Shown here in pieces: positions 25,052 through 32,000 of a stretch of 32,000 nt of DNA. The DNA is taken from contig NZ_JAGIOS010000003.1 in the NCBI RefSeq assembly GCF_017876815.1, positions 270,001 through 302,000 of the forward strand, read 5' to 3'. A program made the translations under genes and the position numbers. Origin of the DNA: Sinorhizobium meliloti. GTDB lineage: Bacteria > Pseudomonadota > Alphaproteobacteria > Rhizobiales > Rhizobiaceae. Within the stretch, counting starts at the first letter, position 1. Each line of letters opens with the position of its first letter. A model generated the notes under the pieces. That model was given only the letters and a program-made list of their open reading frames with translations. It had not been told where the DNA came from and did no database searches.

Positions 25052-26053
25052 ATGGCGACTTCTTTGCTGTTTCCCGTCTTCGTCTTCCTCCTGGCGTCCA
25101 CCAGCATCGGCGGCATGATGGTGGCGGCGTTCTATCCGCGTGTCTCCAAGGCAAGCGCCTATCGCCAGAGGTTCGAGCGCATTTCGGCGCGGGCGGAAGA
25201 CAAGCGAAGCGAGCCAGCGGAGACGGATGGCCGCGACCGGCGTCGGTCGGTGGAAAAGACGCTGCGCGAGATTGAGGAGAAGCGCCAGGCGAATGCGCGC
25301 AAAGGCAAGGTGACGCTTTCGGCCAGGCTCCGTCAATCCGGCCTTCATTGGTCCCGCAAGGCCTATTTTCTCGTCTGTGCCGGCGCTACGCTGGCCACCT
25401 GGGTCGTGATGCTGCTACTGCTGGGCCTCGGCGCGCTGGTGTCGGTCGGTTTCGCCATCGCGGGCGGGCTGCTCCTGCCGCACCTCTATGTGAACATGAA
25501 GCGCAATGCGCGCTTTACCCGGTTCGCTGCCGAGTTCCCGAACGCCGTCGACGTCATCGTCAGAGGGCTCAAGGCAGGCCTGCCGATGCCGGATTGCCTC
25601 AGGGTGATTGCCATGGAGGCACAGGAGCCGGTCAAGGGCGAGTTCCTCGCGATCGTTCAGGATCAGACGCTGGGAATCCCTGTGGACGAGGCCGTGAAGC
25701 GCATGAGCGAACGCATGCCACTGGCCGAAGCCAACTTCTTTGCCATCGTCGTCGCCATCCAGAGCCGCACCGGCGGCAGCCTTTCGGAAGCGCTCGGGAA
25801 CCTTTCCAAGGTGCTGCGCGAGCGCAAGAAGATGAAGGGCAAGATCAAGGCGATGAGTTCGGAGGCGAAGTCCTCGGCCGGCATCATCGGTGCCTTGCCG
25901 TTTCTCGTCGCCGGCGCCGTTTATTTCATGAGCCCGGACTACATGGCGCTCCTGTTCACGACGATGATCGGTAAGGTCGTCGTCGTTGGCTGCGGCCTTT
26001 GGATGGGCATCGGCATCCTCGTCATGCGCAAGATGATCAACTTCGACTTCTGA
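25052..26053 (+). CDS. tadB: Type II secretion system F-family inner-membrane platform protein, TadB/CpaG
   Basis: N-terminal TM helix, a charged cytoplasmic stretch, then the T2SSF domain FPNAVDVIVRGLKAGLPMPDCLRVIA...FFAIVVAIQSRTGGSLSEALGNLSKVLRERKKMKGKIKAMSSEAKSSA and C-terminal TM helices. Confidence 0.85.
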   Translation: MATSLLFPVFVFLLASTSIGGMMVAAFYPRVSKASAYRQRFERISARAEDKRSEPAETDGRDRRRSVEKTLREIEEKRQANARKGKVTLSARLRQSGLHWSRKAYFLVCAGATLATWVVMLLLLGLGALVSVGFAIAGGLLLPHLYVNMKRNARFTRFAAEFPNAVDVIVRGLKAGLPMPDCLRVIAMEAQEPVKGEFLAIVQDQTLGIPVDEAVKRMSERMPLAEANFFAIVVAIQSRTGGSLSEALGNLSKVLRERKKMKGKIKAMSSEAKSSAGIIGALPFLVAGAVYFMSPDYMALLFTTMIGKVVVVGCGLWMGIGILVMRKMINFDF

Positions 26054-26062
26054 GAACTTGAG

Positions 26063-27028
26063 ATGAACCTTGGCGTCCATATCCCCGATCCGGAACAGTT
26101 GGCGGCTATAATGGCCGGCTTCTCCGCCTTTTCAGCGGTCGTGGTCGTTTCCTGGCCTTACGTCTTCCGGGACACGCTGTCAGACCGTATGCGAAGGGTG
26201 GAGGGCGAACGCGAGCGTATCCGCCAGCGCGAACGCGCCCGGCTGGAAGAGAAGAGCAGGGTATCCTTGCGTGTGGAACCCAAGCGCCTCTTTCAGGCGA
26301 TCGTCGACCGCTTCCGTCTTGCCAAGCAGGCGGAGGACGGCGAGATCGTGCGCAAGTTGAGCATGGCGGGTTATAGGGGCCATGCCGCCGTGACCGCCTT
26401 CCTTGCTTTCCGGCTGATTGCGCCGGTTGCCATCTTCGCGGCCTGCTTGCTTTATATCCTGCTGGTGGTTCGCCCGGAGGCACCGCTGCTTCTGGTGGTG
26501 GCGATGGCCGCCGCCATGGGCGCGCTCGGATATTTCTCTCCGGCGATCTTCGTCAGGAACAGGATCACCAAGCGGCAGCAGTCTATCCGGCGTTCCTGGC
26601 CGGAGGCGCTGGACCTTCTGTTGATTACCGTCGAAGCCGGCATGGGGATCGAAAGCGCCTTCCGAAAGGTTGGGGAGGAGATCGGCACGCAATCGCCGGA
26701 AACTGCGGAGGAGATCCTGCTGACGACTGCGGAGCTTTCCTACCTGCAGGACCGGCGGCAAGCCTTCGAGAATCTAGGGCAGAGAACCGGCGTGGAGGGC
26801 GTGCGCGCCGTCGTGACCAGCCTCATCCAGGCGGAGAAATACGGCACGCCGCTCGGTCAGGCGCTGCGCGTGATGGCACAGGAGAACCGGGACATGCGCA
26901 TGAGCGAGGCCGAGAAAAGAGCGGCTGCCCTTCCGCCCAAGCTCACCGTGCCGATGATCCTGTTCTTCCTGCCGGTCCTCTTCGCGGTGATCATCACACC
27001 GGCGGTCATTCAGATCATGAGCACCTAG
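26063..27028 (+). CDS. tadC: Type II secretion system F-family platform protein, TadC/CpaH
   Basis: T2SSF domain WPEALDLLLITVEAGMGIESAFRKV...LIQAEKYGTPLGQALRVMAQENRDMRMSEAEKRAAALPPKLTVPMILFFLPVLF. Confidence 0.85.
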   Translation: MNLGVHIPDPEQLAAIMAGFSAFSAVVVVSWPYVFRDTLSDRMRRVEGERERIRQRERARLEEKSRVSLRVEPKRLFQAIVDRFRLAKQAEDGEIVRKLSMAGYRGHAAVTAFLAFRLIAPVAIFAACLLYILLVVRPEAPLLLVVAMAAAMGALGYFSPAIFVRNRITKRQQSIRRSWPEALDLLLITVEAGMGIESAFRKVGEEIGTQSPETAEEILLTTAELSYLQDRRQAFENLGQRTGVEGVRAVVTSLIQAEKYGTPLGQALRVMAQENRDMRMSEAEKRAAALPPKLTVPMILFFLPVLFAVIITPAVIQIMST

Positions 27029-27041
27029 AGGGGGGCGGTCT

Positions 27042-27075
27042 GGCGCCTGCGCGTCAAATCCGACGCGTGGGCGCC
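27042..27075. terminator. Hairpin between the convergent tad and che operons (candidate bidirectional terminator)
   Basis: GGCGCCTGCGCGTC(27042-55) aaatcc GACGCGTGGGCGCC(27062-75) forms a 14-bp stem with two G-U pairs. It lies 14 nt after the tadC stop and 8 nt after the cheB stop. It has no clear U-tract. Confidence 0.45.
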
Positions 27076-27082
27076 ACAGCTT

Positions 27083-28147
27083 TCATGTCCTCGTTTCCCC
27101 TTCCGGTTCGCTCCGCCCCCGGGCGATGGCGGTGATGTTCTCGGCTATGCTTTCCAGCGGCAGCACCAGGTCCACGAGACCGGCACCGATCGCCGACTTC
27201 GGCATGCCGAAGACGACCGAGCTCTTCTCATCCTGCGCGATTGCCTTGCCGCCCGCCATGCGCAGTGCCCGAAGCCCCTCGGTTCCGTCATCGCCCATTC
27301 CGGTCAGGACGACTGCGAGGGACTCTCCCTTGAAGGCACGCGCGATCGAGCCGAAGAGGTAGGATCCGGACGGTTTGAAGCCGTTGACGGGAGCATCGTC
27401 CGAGACGCGTAGGCGTGACCTGCCCGAGACGCCGAGCTGACAGTTGTCCGGCGCTAGGTAGACCGTGCCGGGTTTGAGAAGCTCTCCATTCCTGGCGACC
27501 TTCACCGTGAGCGGCACGGTCGCGTTGAGAGAGGCGGCAACGCCGTCGATGAAGCCGTTCGACATGTGCTGGACGATGAGGATCGGCACCGGGAGATCGG
27601 CTGAGATGTCTTTCAGTATCGCACGGATCGCCGCCGGCCCACCGGTCGAGGCCGCGATCCCCACGATTCCGATCGGCGTCCTTGCCGCTGGCGGTTGGTC
27701 TTTAGCCGCGCGATCTCCGCGGACCTTCTGGCGCCATTGCCGGACGACCTTTACCTGCGACATGGCCTTGATCGTCGAGAGGAACTTTTCGATGGCCGGT
27801 TGTTCGAGCGGCATGCCGTGCGCGGCCGGCGCCGGGATGACCGCGAGAGCGCCCGCTTCGAGTGCCCGCGCCGATATGGTCCCGAGCTGCGAGCCGTCCC
27901 GATGGGAGAGCATTACGACCGGTGTCGGTGCCGCGATCATTATCTCCCTGACCGTTTCTGCGCTGTCATCCCCGGAGGGGCAGAGCTCCACGGCGACAAT
28001 GTCCGGCAAGAGTTCGCCGGTCATTCTAACGGCTTCTCTCCCGCTTCTTGCGATCAGTACGAGCTCCGCTGAGGCGTCCCCCTCGATAGCCCTCCTTACG
28101 AGATCCTCGAGCTCGACTGTCGATGTCGCGAGAAGAATGCGTACCAT
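27083..28147 (-). CDS. cheB: CheB-type protein-glutamate methylesterase with a degenerate (pseudo-)receiver domain
   Basis: The catalytic triad contexts are intact (GIAASTGGPAAI, ILIVQHMSNGF, VLTGMGDDGTEG). The N-terminal receiver-fold lacks the acidic pocket, the phospho-Asp and the conserved Lys (see findings). Confidence 0.88.
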   Translation of the reverse strand: MVRILLATSTVELEDLVRRAIEGDASAELVLIARSGREAVRMTGELLPDIVAVELCPSGDDSAETVREIMIAAPTPVVMLSHRDGSQLGTISARALEAGALAVIPAPAAHGMPLEQPAIEKFLSTIKAMSQVKVVRQWRQKVRGDRAAKDQPPAARTPIGIVGIAASTGGPAAIRAILKDISADLPVPILIVQHMSNGFIDGVAASLNATVPLTVKVARNGELLKPGTVYLAPDNCQLGVSGRSRLRVSDDAPVNGFKPSGSYLFGSIARAFKGESLAVVLTGMGDDGTEGLRALRMAGGKAIAQDEKSSVVFGMPKSAIGAGLVDLVLPLESIAENITAIARGRSEPEGETRT

Positions 28148-28156
28148 TCTCGTCCC

Positions 28157-30283
28157 TCAAACGACCTGCCGCATTGTTTCCAGGAAGTCGTGCGCATCGA
28201 ACTGATCCTTCCTCAGATAGGCGTTTGCGCCTGCGCGCAGTCCTTTCACCTTGTCCTCCAGGGATTCCCGCCCGGTGACGAGTACGACGGGCGTGCCGGT
28301 AAAGCGGTCCGACTGGCGAATGGCCCGGGTGAGCTCGAAGCCGTTCATCGACGGCATGTCGACGTCGGCTACGACGACGTCGGCTCCATGGTCGCGAAGC
28401 TGCTTTAACGCTTCCGTGCCGTCGGTCGCCATCGTCACATCGTATCCTGCGCCTTCCAGTATGAGCTTCACCAATGTTCGCACATATTTCGAATCGTCGA
28501 CGACAAGGACCTTCCGACGAGCGGCCGCAACGCTCCGGCGCGCGACGACCTCGTTGCGAGGCCGCACCTCGGCGGCAGCTTCCGCGAGAGCTGCGACGTT
28601 CAGAAGGAGGGCGATGCGCCCGTCCGGGAGCACCATGCCACCGCTGTAACGCCGGACATTTGCCAGGCGCGGACCGAGCGATCGTGCGAGCAATTCCTGT
28701 TCCCCGGTGATTTCGTCGACGAGCACTGCCGTGGACCCGCTCGGCGAGTCGACGACCACTGCCGGCGTCGTTTCGCTCGCAGGACTGCGATTCGGCTGGA
28801 GGCGGAGCCAGAGTGAAACATCGACGAAGGGCATCGGACCTGCGGGGGTACGGACGAAATTCCTGCCCTCTATCAGCGTGAAGTCCCCCCGGTCGATCCG
28901 GATAACGCGCTGGACGGACGTGGTGTCGATCGTGAACACATGTCCTCCTGCAAGAACTTCCAGAACGCGAACCGTTGCAAGGGTCAAAGGCAGGGTGAGG
29001 GTGAAGGCAGCACCGCCGGTAGGTACCTGCGATACGTCGATCGCGCCGCGTAGCTTTTCCACATTCCTTTTCACGATATCGAGACCTATACCTCGCCCTG
29101 AGAGGCTGGTGACGGTCGCCGAGGTGGAGACGCCCGGCTCGAAGACACGCCGCAGGATATCCGCTTCGGCCTGCTTGCCATGTGTGCTTTCGCCTGTCGC
29201 CGCACTCAGCAAAGCCAAATTCAGGCCGCGGCCGTCGTCTTCGACGCGAACCTCCATCCGGTTTCCGCGCATCGCGGCCGAAACCAGAATCCTGCCCTTT
29301 TCCGGCCGTCCTGCCGTCCGACGCTCCTCCGGCGTCTGGATTCCATGCGCAACCGCGTTGCGGACGAGGTGGCGAAGCGAATCCTGCAGCGCTGAAACAA
29401 TGGAGCGATCGACCTCTAACTCTCCGCCGCTGATCTCCAGCTCTGCGCGTTTGCCCGATGCCGCCGCCACGTCCCGGACGATGCGGCCCAGACCCTTGCA
29501 GGCCTCTGCAAAGGGCTGCGTGCGCGCAAGTCTGATCTCCTCGTCGAGTGCGGTCACGGCACTTTGCATCAGGCGAACGTCCTGGCGGAGGAATGCTGCG
29601 AGCTGACGCAGGCCGCCTTCGACGCTCGCCACCTGTCCGGTGGGATCAGAACCCGGTGCGCGCATTTTCCTTGCTTCCTCGCGCAGCGAAGAGGCCTGTT
29701 CGGCATGACGCCGCATGACGGCATTGAAGGTCAACATCTCACCGCTCCTGTAAAGGAGTGCATCCAGGCGCGCGGCTGAGACGCGCATGGACCCGTCGGT
29801 GTCGGTGGCGCGAATGGCGATCCCCGGTTCCGCCATGGGCGGATGGTGGTGCGCTTCTTTCAAGCCGTCATCGCAACCCGCGGTTGCGACGGCCTTCAGC
29901 TTTTCGACCACGTCCTGGCCATGCGCGGGAGAGGGGATTTCGCCGCTCTCAAGCAGATTGGCCGCGTCCCTGATTGCGTCCGCAGCCGACAGTAGCAGGT
30001 CAAGCCTCGATCGTTCGAGAACAAGCCCTACATTCGCAGCGATCGAGAGAATTTCCTCCATCCAGTGACAAATCGTTTCGACGCCGCGCACCTGAAGCAG
30101 GCCGGCGGCACCCTTGAGGCTATGCGCCACTCTTAGAAGCTGTTCCTGCAGATGCCGTTTCCGATCTGCGTCGCCGGACGCCTCAATTGCGAGCACGGCG
30201 TTCTCCATCTCCGACGCACGTTCCCGCACTTCTTGAGTGAACATGGTCAATAAGCCGGGGTCGAGTTCTTCAGGTGTTATCAT
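28157..30283 (-). CDS. cheA: Hybrid CheA histidine kinase: HPt, dimerisation, HATPase, CheW-like and C-terminal receiver domains; no P2 domain
   Basis: HPt: [16 protein letters not shown] box: [14 protein letters not shown]1: VEDDGRGL. G2: [11 protein letters not shown]. CheW-like: [14 protein letters not shown]...[18 protein letters not shown]. The receiver has all conserved residues ([33 protein letters not shown]). The start overlaps the mcp stop by 14 nt. Confidence 0.9.
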   Translation of the reverse strand: MITPEELDPGLLTMFTQEVRERASEMENAVLAIEASGDADRKRHLQEQLLRVAHSLKGAAGLLQVRGVETICHWMEEILSIAANVGLVLERSRLDLLLSAADAIRDAANLLESGEIPSPAHGQDVVEKLKAVATAGCDDGLKEAHHHPPMAEPGIAIRATDTDGSMRVSAARLDALLYRSGEMLTFNAVMRRHAEQASSLREEARKMRAPGSDPTGQVASVEGGLRQLAAFLRQDVRLMQSAVTALDEEIRLARTQPFAEACKGLGRIVRDVAAASGKRAELEISGGELEVDRSIVSALQDSLRHLVRNAVAHGIQTPEERRTAGRPEKGRILVSAAMRGNRMEVRVEDDGRGLNLALLSAATGESTHGKQAEADILRRVFEPGVSTSATVTSLSGRGIGLDIVKRNVEKLRGAIDVSQVPTGGAAFTLTLPLTLATVRVLEVLAGGHVFTIDTTSVQRVIRIDRGDFTLIEGRNFVRTPAGPMPFVDVSLWLRLQPNRSPASETTPAVVVDSPSGSTAVLVDEITGEQELLARSLGPRLANVRRYSGGMVLPDGRIALLLNVAALAEAAAEVRPRNEVVARRSVAAARRKVLVVDDSKYVRTLVKLILEGAGYDVTMATDGTEALKQLRDHGADVVVADVDMPSMNGFELTRAIRQSDRFTGTPVVLVTGRESLEDKVKGLRAGANAYLRKDQFDAHDFLETMRQVV

Positions 30284-31910
30284 GTTCGTTGCCGTGGTCG
30301 GTGAGCATTTCCTTCAGCCTCGAGCCGAGTTCATTCAGATCTTTTGCGGCCTCCTCTGCCTGGCGTATCGCCGAGAGGTTCTGGCTGCTGGTCTGTTCGA
30401 TGTAATGCATCGCTTCGTGAATCTGCTTCATTCCGGCGCGTTGCTGACCAGCCGAGGCGGCGATTTGAGCGACCGATCGCGCGGAATCGGCGACGATTGC
30501 CTCGAGTTGCCGAATGGTTTCGCCCGCTTCGCTGACCGTCTCGAGCGCACGGCTGACGCTCTTGGATCCATCCTCGGCGCCGATCACCGCGGAGTTTGTC
30601 GATTTTTGAATTTCCATGAGGATGCGGCGGACCCTGGTGGTCGCAGATTTCGACTGGTCGGCAAGCGTCCGGATCTCGCTGGCGACAACATTGAAGCCCC
30701 TGCCGTGTTCGCCGGCACGCGATGCCTCGATCGCAGCATTCAATGCCAGGAGGTTCGTCTGGTCCGCGATCTCGGCAACGACCGAGACGATTTCGCCGAT
30801 TTCGAGGCTGTTTTCCGCAAGCGACAGAATATCCGCAGCGATCGTCTCCGTCCGGGCACTAACGGCATTCATCACCTGCACCGTGTCGTCGAGCGCTCTG
30901 CGGCCCTCATTGCTGATCTTGACGGCGTTGTCGTAGGAGGCGGCAACGTGCTGCGCGCGCTGTGCTGCCTGTTCCGACGTCTGCAATACCTCGTCGACGC
31001 TCGTGACCGTCTGGGCAACGGCCGAGGACTGCTCGCGCATGCCTTCGACCTGCTGCGTGGTGCCGGCGAGAATTTCGGCAGCTGACGATGAGAGGTGTTG
31101 CGCCGTTTCAGAAATCGTGGCGAGCAACTTCTCGAGCCGCTCCCTGCTGCCCCGCTCGTTGTCGATCATACCGGCAAGCCTTGCGGTCATCGCGTTGAAG
31201 GAGTCGCCGAGAACCGCGAGCTCGTCGCTGCCCTCCACGGATGCCTTCTGCGCCAGGTCGCCGGCGCTGACCTTTTCCGCCAGGACCGCGAGCGCGCGCG
31301 TGCGGCGGGCCAGACGGCGCACGACCCGCAGCACGTGAAGGAGCAGCAGCAGGGCGAGTGCCGAAAAACCAAACTGCAGCAATTGGGAGCGCTGGAGCCG
31401 GGTCACTCCGGCCTGTTCGATGCGGCTGATCAATCCGTCCAGACGCGCCGCAAACGCTCTGATCACGGGATCCAGCTCGTCCAGTGCGCCGCGACTGCGC
31501 GGTGCGCTGGCCATAACGCTTTCCAGACCGGGCCTGACTTCATCCAGCCATTGTTGGCGGGCTTGCTCAAGCTGCGTGAGAGCAGCAGGATCGTTCGCCG
31601 CCGCCAGACCGATCCCTTCTTCGCTATTCGCCAGGCTCGCAAGAAGCCGCTCATTGCGAGCCATCAACCGGCGCAGCTCATCGGTAGCAGCGGCCCGAGC
31701 CGGACCCTCCGCTCGTTCCAGGTGACTGGCCGTGTAGATCATCTGGTAGGCGAGCCGTTCCTTGCCAAGCGAGGACGTTGCCGCGAGATCGGCCCGCACG
31801 CGTTCCAGAGCAATGAAGCTGGACCCGACAAGCAGCGCCGATGCTGCCAGGAATAGGAGCATTGCCAACCCCAATGCGCCATAGAGGCTATTCGCTGGTC
31901 GGGGACTCAT
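30270..31910 (-). CDS. Methyl-accepting chemotaxis protein with a helical periplasmic sensor (PilJ/NarX-like pattern), HAMP and MCP signalling domains
   Basis: I prefer ATG 31910 (AAGGA 9 nt upstream; [28 protein letters not shown] = TM1). The track start at 31979 forms an ATGA overlap with an upstream reading frame and cannot be excluded. TM2 is [22 protein letters not shown]: [32 protein letters not shown]. Signalling hairpin: [41 protein letters not shown]. Confidence 0.88.
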   Translation of the reverse strand: MSPRPANSLYGALGLAMLLFLAASALLVGSSFIALERVRADLAATSSLGKERLAYQMIYTASHLERAEGPARAAATDELRRLMARNERLLASLANSEEGIGLAAANDPAALTQLEQARQQWLDEVRPGLESVMASAPRSRGALDELDPVIRAFAARLDGLISRIEQAGVTRLQRSQLLQFGFSALALLLLLHVLRVVRRLARRTRALAVLAEKVSAGDLAQKASVEGSDELAVLGDSFNAMTARLAGMIDNERGSRERLEKLLATISETAQHLSSSAAEILAGTTQQVEGMREQSSAVAQTVTSVDEVLQTSEQAAQRAQHVAASYDNAVKISNEGRRALDDTVQVMNAVSARTETIAADILSLAENSLEIGEIVSVVAEIADQTNLLALNAAIEASRAGEHGRGFNVVASEIRTLADQSKSATTRVRRILMEIQKSTNSAVIGAEDGSKSVSRALETVSEAGETIRQLEAIVADSARSVAQIAASAGQQRAGMKQIHEAMHYIEQTSSQNLSAIRQAEEAAKDLNELGSRLKEMLTDHGNEHDNT

Positions 31911-32000
31911 GGAACTCGGTCCTTTCCGTCTCGTCGCTGGCGGTGATCTGCTCATCCTCAAGAAAGAAGCGGCGGTCATCCAAAAGGCGGCGGCCGTCGA

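Noticed and set aside
28707-31856. Plus-strand ORFs 28707-29606 (299 aa), 30237-31085 (282 aa) and 31095-31856 (253 aa)
   Set aside because: They are antisense shadows of cheA and mcp, which have unambiguous kinase and MCP signatures on the minus strand.
31976-32000. End of an upstream minus-strand gene (…RRPPPFG-TGA) overlapping the 31979 ATG as ATGA
   Set aside because: Only 7 codons are visible, which is too little to call a gene. It does keep open the possibility that the MCP starts at 31979 rather than 31910.
1-32000. Looked for CRISPR arrays, tRNA/rRNA genes, integrases, transposases and long terminal repeats
   Set aside because: I saw no regularly spaced repeats, no tRNA-like or rRNA-like segments, and no recombinase or transposase signatures. 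The only repeats are the short tandem and inverted repeats listed above.

Overview
High-GC alphaproteobacterial accessory DNA. The gene content (ExsH/EglC-like glycanase, SyrB-like regulator, several class III cyclases, a second-copy Flp/Tad locus beside a second che cluster) recalls, from memory only, a Sinorhizobium/Ensifer megaplasmid. Intact genes alternate with decayed stretches of about 1 kb. From left to right: a partial CPA2 antiporter (-), an orphan PapD-like fimbrial chaperone, a multiply disrupted SAM-methyltransferase pseudogene, a FAD oxidoreductase with a C-terminal Rieske domain, and a 1129-aa SAM-domain/class III cyclase/P-loop STAND-like ATPase/TPR protein. Then come a Fic-domain pseudogene, a SnoaL-like protein, a low-coding island with one small Cys-containing secreted protein, a GH16 RTX-repeat glycanase (-), a SyrB-like HTH protein, a small conserved hypothetical, a second cyclase (cyclase/TolB-like/TPR) and an MscS channel. 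The right 15 kb holds the most interesting block. It is a Flp/Tad pilus locus split into two divergent operons: tadG-like plus a pilus-N-domain protein on the minus strand, and cpaA-cpaB-cpaE::tadE-tadE-flp-cpaF-tadB-tadC on the plus strand. No secretin (cpaC/rcpA), cpaD/rcpB or tadD gene is present, and the TadZ/CpaE protein is fused in frame to a TadE pseudopilin. Converging on this locus is a chemosensory operon (mcp, a P2-less cheA-REC hybrid, and cheB whose receiver lacks all phospho-acceptor residues). I saw no rRNA, tRNA, CRISPR array or intact mobile element. Many long ORFs in the track are antisense or alternate-frame shadows of real genes, as expected at this GC content.
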